Positions 56,801 to 64,000 of a stretch of DNA of 64,000 nucleotides are shown here, in pieces. This DNA is from Schizochytrium sp. TIO01. Its lineage: Eukaryota; Protista; Bigyra: Labyrinthulomycetes. A program made the translations under genes and the position numbers. The notes below the pieces were generated by a model. It was not told where the DNA came from. It made no database searches and saw only the letters and a program-made list of their open reading frames with translations. The stretch lies in assembly GCA_004764695.1 (NCBI GenBank), contig SMSO01000014.1, positions 7,284,125 to 7,348,124 of the forward strand, in the 5' to 3' direction. Within the stretch, counting starts at the first letter, position 1. Each line of letters begins with the position of its first letter.

Positions 56801-57214
56801 TTGCTTCGTCCCCTTCGTTCCCTGACATAGACGCATCACTATGTTGACTGACGCTTCACCATCGTCTAGTCATGAAGGTGTTCCTTTGAACCTTGCGAAG
56901 TCATGACCTAGTACTGTGTCAGTTTCCTTCTCAGTAGTGTCAATCTAAAGCAAAAATATATCACGAAAGTTATATGTTTCTGTTTTGTCGAAAAAAAGAG
57001 CAGGCTTGCTGTTTACTGACTTTGCTGCTGCTCGAAATCAACTGGTACTTCAACAGAGTAAAACAGATTACTCCGAAGAAGAGAGCTTACGAAGAAACTT
57101 CTGTTTTTGTGATAGGCCAGAGAGGCTCGAAAAAAACTACTTTTTGTGTCGTCGTTTATTAGAAAATGAAATAGAGCCCTAAAGTATAAATGCCAGAGTT
57201 CGACTTGTTACACC

Positions 57215-57331
57215 ACATTCGATCATACCACGCGGGTAACACCTCATCTCATTCGCACTGAGAAGTAAAGTCGCGTAGGGCCGGGTCAGTAGTATGATAG
57301 GGGACTCTATGCGAAGCCCGGTGTTGAATTT
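57215..57331 (+). rRNA. 5S rRNA (second copy, few differences)
   Basis: Near-identical to 27060-27178, with TATAAA ~30 nt upstream, a T-run terminator and ~50 nt of similar downstream flank. Confidence 0.88.
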
Positions 57332-58237
57332 TTTTCTCCGTTCAATCTTTTACCCTAGCACTACAAGAAAGCAACTCCATGATTGATATCACAATATTAT
57401 TCTACACATCAAAGATTAATTTCATGAAAATAAACCTGCCCGAAGAGGATTGACAGCACTATTACAAAAAAGCAATTAGGCGTCTACTCTCGGTCAAAGA
57501 TTCTCCACTTTTTGAAACTTTCCTTCCCTTCTTTCTGGCACACCTTTGGTCGCAGCCGCCAGTAGCTCTGATCGTTGAAAGCACCTCTCTGCCTTTTTCA
57601 CACTGAAGCCGTGAAGCAAATATCCAACAACTTGATTGAAATCCGAAAATAGACAACTTGCTCTCCATTCTTTTCCAAGCTTTCCCGATCTCAAGATATT
57701 TATTTCACAGATCGCATCGCAAACCTGTTATTATCTAACAGACAAAAACCTACTCCCGACAAGCAATTTATTCCTTGTACGCTCCTCGATGACACATTTG
57801 CGAGTTTTCGTCGCTTCAAGACCTTATCAAAGGCAACGAAAGGACTTCATAAGTTCTCAGCTCTTCTGTCAAATCGACCTCGATACAAGAACCTCTTCTT
57901 GCCTACTACTCGTTACACAAAACGCGATGGCAATCAAAGTTCAATCTCCTTCCTTTGCTCTGCAAAACCCGACTTAATCTTTTATAACTTTAAAAAAAGA
58001 AACATAGCTCGAGCAGTACATCTGCACGATCACAAATGCATAGAGTCCTTCTTGCCACGTTCTGCATTGTGTGTGACCTGATAGAAGCACAACGCCTCCT
58101 CGTCTTTCTTCAAGAGCAGAATCCATTTTCACACCTTGCGCTCTCAGGAAAAATTGACTCAACGGACCTTCGAAAACACTAGCAGCGCTTAACCTACGTA
58201 TACAACCGACTATCATACCCAGCAACCTACTACTCTC

Positions 58238-58372
58238 GGCAAAGCCAGCCATCCTCGCAAACCCGCAACACGAGGCAGCGCGCACGCACGATATCCACGC
58301 CCCTGCGACCTCTCGCGCGCCACACCCCTCCACGCGCCCGTTGCTCGTGGCCGAGGCTTGGTCTGCAGAACA
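58238..58372 (+). promoter_or_regulatory. GC-rich conserved upstream element (putative promoter) of LRR-kinase gene B
   Basis: Homologous to 45170-45300. Confidence 0.5.
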
Positions 58373-58418
58373 CAATTGATCAATTCGTTTGCTCCACCAC
58401 ACTCACTGCTGCAACACA

Positions 58419-61400
58419 ATGACTGTGGCACGCAGAATCGAGGACATCACAGAACATACGACGGAAATAAAGTAAGTGCACGATGGAGAGAGGAGATGAC
58501 AGAAGAAGGATGCATCACATCATCGTTGTATTGAAGAAAGCAAGTTAGTTAGGTTTGGTAGAAGAAAGAAGAATAGTAGTTTTGAACTAGCGGTGGCACC
58601 GATGAAAAAGTTGGAAATGGTATGTACTTACTCTCACTTGTTCACCAACAAACAGACAAATAAAGAAACACAGTCTTGAACGCATATTTTTTGGAGGAGG
58701 AATTGGCTCGGAGGGTGCAAAGGCCGTTGCAAAGGCACTCGAGGGATGCAAGAACCTTCAAACTTTAGAGTACGTTTGTGGAGTCATCCACGAGGGATAG
58801 CTATCGTAATAAGCAGGACCAACCTTTTTCTTGCTTTCTTTTAGTGGTTGGTGTCGTAGTAGGGGAAAGGAATCAAAACGAAAGCACTGCTGGTACACTA
58901 CCTACGTAGTTTACGTAGTTGGGTAGTTTAGAAAGGCAAAGAACTCCTTTCTTTTTTAGAAAGAGAAGAACGAAGGGCAAAAGTAAATCTATATAATCTG
59001 ATAGGAAGTAGCAGAAGAAGAGGTCATTGCTTTTTATTGTGAGGAAAAACAAAACAAAACAGGATCAACTGACTGGACCTGTCTTTCCTGACAACGAATG
59101 AAAAAACAAACTCATTGATTTATACTCACAGCCTTCGTGATAACAACATTGGTGATGAGGGCGCAAAGGCCGTTGCAAAGGCCGTCGCAAAGGCACTCGA
59201 GGGATGCAAGAACCTTCAAACTTTAGAGTACGTTTGTGGAGTCATCCACGAGGGAAAGCTATCGTAATAAGCAGGACCAACCTTTTTCTTGCTTTCTTTT
59301 AGTGGTTGGTATCGTAGTAGGGGAAAGGAATCAAAACGAAAGCACTGCTGGTACACTACCTACGTAGTTTACGTAGTTGGGTAGTTTAGAAAGGCAAAGA
59401 ACTCCTTTCTTTTTTAGAAAGAGAAGAACGAAGGGCAAAAGGAAATCTGTATAATCTGATAGGAAGTAGCAGAAGAAGAGGTCATTGCTTTTTATTGTGA
59501 GGTAAAACAAAACAAAACAGGATCAACTGACTGGACCTGTCTTTCCTGACAACGAATGAACAAACAAACTCATTGATTTATACTCACAGCCTTCGTGATA
59601 ACAACATTGGCTCGGAGGGTGCAAAGGCTGTCGCAAAGGCACTCGAGGGATGCAAGAACCTTCAAACTTTAGAGTACGTTTGTGGAGTCATCCACGAGGG
59701 ATAGCTATCGTAATAAGCAGGACCAACCTTTTTCTTGCTTTCTTTTTTGTGGTTGGTGTTTGTAGTAGGGGAAAGGAATCAAAACGAAAGCACTGCTGGT
59801 ACACTACCTACGTAGTTTACGTAGTTGGGTAGTTTAGAAAGGCAAAGAACTCCTTTCTTTTTTAGAAAGAGAAGAACCAAGGGCAAAAGTAAATCTATAT
59901 AATCTGATAGGAAGTAGCAGAAGAAGAGGTCATTGCTTTTTATTGTGAGGTAAAACAAAACAAAACAGGATCAACTGACTGGACCTGTCTTTCCTGACAA
60001 CGAATGAACAAAACAAACTGATTGATTTATACTCACAGTCTTGGTTTAAACAATATTGGCTCGGAGGGCGCAAAGGCCGTCGCAAAGGCGCTCGAGGGAT
60101 GCAAGAACCTTCAAACTTTAGAGTACGTTTGTGGAGTCATCCACGAGGGAAAGCTATCGTAATAAGCAGGACCAACCTTTTTCTTGCTTTCTTTTTGTGG
60201 TTGGTGTTTGTAGTAGGGAAAGGAATCAAAACGAAAGTACTGCTGGTACACTACCTACGTAGTTTATGTAGTTTAGAAAGGCAAAGAGCTCTTTTCTTTT
60301 TTAGAAGAGAAGAAGGAAGCGCAAAAGGAAATCTATATAATTTGATAGGCAGCAGAAGAAGAAGAGGTGATTGCTTTTTATTGCGAGGAAAAAGAAAACA
60401 AAACAGGATCAACTGACTGAAGTCTTTCCTGACAACGAATGAAAAAACAAACTTATTGATTTATACTCGCAGTCTTTATAGCAACAACATTGGCTCGGAG
60501 GGCGCAAAGGCCGTTGCAAAGTCTCTGCATAAAGCATGTCCTTCTGTTCGAATATTGTAAGTTCCGTTCCCTCTGCTGCTATTTCCCAGCTTGCGCAGAG
60601 CGTTGCCTTCTATGGTTTTCTCCATGTCTCCATGGACTTGCGAGGCCGTCTTTAGATGCGTTCATCGTTTTTCTAACAAGCGCTTTTATTCTCTTTCATT
60701 CGTGTTTTCATTTGTTTACAAAACGCAGTGATGATAGGATTTCTGGAACCCCTAAAGAATTGTTCGAAAAGGTGTGTTCTCGTGGAGAGGACATTTCCGA
60801 TTCCTTATCAGAGACCGATTCCTATGCTTCCATTGAGGCGGCAGAAAGCGAGCCGTCTGCAGAGCCCAAGAACGAGCAAGATGGTGTTAATGGTGCCGGG
60901 CTTGCTACTTTGGGTAGACCTAGGTAAGTTCATGCGGTCAGTCTTTGTTTGGGATCGTGTAATTATTCATTCCACGAATTGTGTTATTGAGGTATAGGGA
61001 ATCCTAACTTTTGCTTCTGCCTTTATTGCTGCTTCAACATCGTTTTGCTCGTTTGTTTACGTTTCTTGTTCGCCTCAGAGAACGGCCGGATGGAGCGAGT
61101 GTGAGTTTCACTCATGTGGTGCAGCTTGCCAAGAAAGTCTCGGACTTGCGCGCGGACCGAGGCGGGGTCAGAGGAAACTCTCGGCAGACTGGGATTGTCT
61201 TGCTTGAGGAATTCGTTCGACCGGCGATCCAAGGCTACTTTGGCCAAGTGAAGTTGCGACAGGTTTTCGCTGATATCAAGAACTCCAAAGAGAGTCTTGA
61301 CATGCTACAAGGCCAGATTCGTGCAAGCTCTGTAAATGGCTTGCCTAGCCTCATCGAAAAGCGGAACACCAAACGGAGCCACCTGCATTCACTTTTGCAG

Positions 61401-63767
61401 GTCGTGTACCCATGGGTTCGCGCCAACCTTTGCGAAAGTGATGAGGGTGCAGTGCGAGAATTCAAAGTCAGAGTTGAAAGTTTGGTAAACGATCTAAATA
61501 TCAACCTTGCGCCAGTCGATGAAGAGACCAGCACAGATGACTTCAAACACTGCCGAGAACTCGTTGTTCAGGCTGTCCAATGCGTGGAAGGGTACAAGAG
61601 GAGTGGAGAAGGCCAAATCAACAACATTGGCGAACGAAGCCAACAAGCTGTAAAACGCGTCATCTCTCGATTATCTGAGCTAGAACTTGGTGATGGATTA
61701 TCGGTTGCTCTGAGAACACCCGAGCAGGCCATGGAGCTAGAACCGGAGTTGTCTGAACTTGAGAGTGCTCTCAAGGAAGAGCTCGAAGTCCTCCATGGAG
61801 ATACTCTTAGTGCGAACTTGTCCAAGATACTTTGTGCAATAAGTTCAACATATGCTCGATTTGAAAGATACTCTGAAAGTACTGCGTTGAATGACGCGAT
61901 CAAGTGGACACCAGAAGAGCTCTTCGAACTATATGACTACGCGTTACTGGGTTTGAAAGAACCAAATATCTTAGATGTTGAGGCATTATACCAGAAACTT
62001 GACAAGGCAAGGACAGCAACAGAAAGATTAAAAAGTGCTGAAGCAGAACTAGTGGCTGAGGACTTGGATGAGGAAGAGCGAGCTTATTTTAGAAATCGTA
62101 TTAAGAATCAAGAGCTCATTCTCTCTCAAGGCAACCCTATCGAGCTTAGCAAAGCTTTTCGTCATAAGCTTGCTGAGACTCTGCAACACGCACAGGAGCA
62201 CTATCCAGAGTTGCTGCAAGATAGAGCCTGGCTGGAAAGGCTTCACGTAAGTGCAGAGGGTGTTTTTGAAGTAGCATGTTCTGACCTTTGGTTGACGAAT
62301 GTCACAGTCGCGGACTTCAAGCCTGTCGGCGAGCCCCTTGCTTCCAGAGGTGGCAAGAGAGTACAAAAGGTTCTTGACAACGTTGGTAAAACTATGGTTT
62401 TGAAACAATTTCAACTCGGCCATTCGAGCCAACACAAAATATTTTACAGACAAGCTGCAAATATGGGAAACGTGGTGTCTCAGCACGTAATACGTATTAC
62501 TGGCGCGTTTGTTGATACCTCTAATGGAGAACCACGTGGTTGTATTGTCATGCCTTTCTATGAGCAAGGTGACCTTGCCAAGTGGATTGAAAGTCATCCT
62601 AACGAAGGCAAAGCAGCGCGCGACCGACTTGCTATGGGCCTGCTTATCGGTGTGGCGGATTTACATACCCACGGCATTGTGCATTGTGACATCAAACCAG
62701 AAAACATTTTCCTCACAAGCAACGGGACACCATTGATCGGCGACTTTGACGGCATCAAGGTTGCGGACTACACTGCAACTTACACATCACTTCAGGCAAC
62801 GCCACGGTACGTTGCCCCCGAGTTGCAGAATGGGCCTGTAGATAGGTTTGAAACAGCGATGGATATGTACTCTGTGGGCATAAGCTTAAAGGAGCTGTAT
62901 CCTACTGAGCGAACCGCTGCAATGCAGAAACTTATCGATGCTCTTACAGCAACAGACCCTGTGCAGCGTCCAACCGCTCGCCAAGCACTCCAACATGAAG
63001 CTTTTGGAGCTCCAAAGATCCCTGTCAAGATATGTCTAGTATGCATGGAGGAGCATCTTCTTCCCGAGGGCACCAGCTGCGAGGAGGGAGACTTTCTTTG
63101 CAGAGACTGTGTCGAATCTGCAGTAGAAGCAGCGGCCCAACCACTTGCTAACATAAGAGTGGATGCCGATGGAACGATGGCATGCATGAGACCTGAATGT
63201 TGTGGAAGGATATCAGGTCAAGAAATCACCCGTCTTGCACCAACTGCTTTGAATCACCTATTGCTGATTGCGAAAATGAAGGCAGAAAATGAAGCTGCAG
63301 TTTGGGCGGAGAAAGAGATCCAAAGGCGCATAGCACAAGTTCTACATGCAGGTGAACAGAACAGTGACGCACAGCGACATTTACTTCATATTCAAGAGAA
63401 TATTATGAGCACATGTTGTCCGAACTGCAATGCTTATGTATATGAGTTTGATGGTTGCTGTGCTGTAGAGTGTGGTAATCGTGCTTGTGGGCATCATTTC
63501 TGCGCTTGGTGTCTCGAGTACAGTTCTCAGGATGAAGATGATTGTCATGATCATGTGAGAATCTGCTTGAAAAGACTTGGGCAAGATCCATTTTTTGCTG
63601 ATTCATTCGAGCAGGTTCGTGAGGCGTGGCAGTTGCTCCGCGCAGAACGTTTGCGTGAGTACTGGAGTAGAAAAAGCCTAGATAAAAATCTTCGACTCGT
63701 TCTAAAAGAGTTATTGTCACCTTTGCTAACACCAGATATTGTTGGCGCAAATTTTAGATTGGAATAA
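58419..63767 (+). CDS. LRR(5)-helical-protein kinase-RING1/Rcat (RBR-like E3) protein, paralog B, ~1126 aa, intact
   Basis: Exons 58419-58471, 58674-58769 (96 nt), 59132-59227 (96 nt), 59590-59673, 60039-60122, 60473-60556, 60729-60923 and 61079-63767. All introns are GT-AG phase 2; total 3381 nt, in frame with ORF 61011..63767. Confidence 0.9.
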
Positions 63768-64000
63768 ACTATTCGAATTTTTGATAATTATCTTTTGCTT
63801 AAGCGCCCTTGACTAGAAGGCAAGAAAGTTAGTTGCTCTCCATCAGATAATGCCAATGTCTGCCAACAGGATCAAAATTGATAATGTGTTTTCCTGCAAG
63901 GTTCTTGGTGAGGGGGAGAACTAAAACTTAGACTAAATTATAACAGAGTAACGATTCGTTAACATTTGACTGATGATATATATGCTTTCTTAACTTTATT

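Noticed and set aside
54000-57180. Short ORFs between the two kinase paralogs
   Set aside because: No recognisable domain or consistent frame; could be decayed sequence but cannot be supported.
61011-61078. Hydrophobic 'signal peptide' at the start of ORF 61011 (and of ORF 51098)
   Set aside because: It is the translated polypyrimidine tract of the intron; the exon starts at 61079 (51133 in paralog A).

Overview
This is a left chromosome end of a eukaryote. The 18S sequence and TTAGG-type telomere point to a thraustochytrid/labyrinthulomycete (Aurantiochytrium/Schizochytrium-like; recognised by eye, not by a database search). From the end inward: (AACCT)n telomere; two families of long subtelomeric tandem repeats (~370 bp and ~412 bp), one unit interrupted by a 364-bp miniature LTR element; and one complete 18S-5.8S-28S rDNA unit on the minus strand, transcribed toward the telomere. 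Then comes a cluster of candidate innate-immune receptor genes that the ORF track largely misses. The main result is that three apparent 'tandem repeat' regions (18.4-26.2 kb, 45.8-50.6 kb, 58.7-60.6 kb) are arrays of symmetric phase-2 exons, nearly all 84 nt. Each exon encodes one 28-aa ribonuclease-inhibitor-type LRR, the introns are near-identical, and the variation is concentrated at the solvent-exposed LRR positions. The arrays build a 21-LRR gene on the minus strand and two paralogous LRR-helical-kinase-RING1/Rcat (RBR-like E3) genes with 11 and 5 LRR exons. Between them lies a TIR-TIR-NACHT-WD40 NLR-like gene with >20 highly conserved, site-hypervariable WD40 repeats. A 5S rRNA gene or fragment sits upstream of each LRR gene, and there is an IS607-type serine recombinase remnant. 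Gene models were inferred by hand from splice signals and reading frame and need RNA-seq confirmation.
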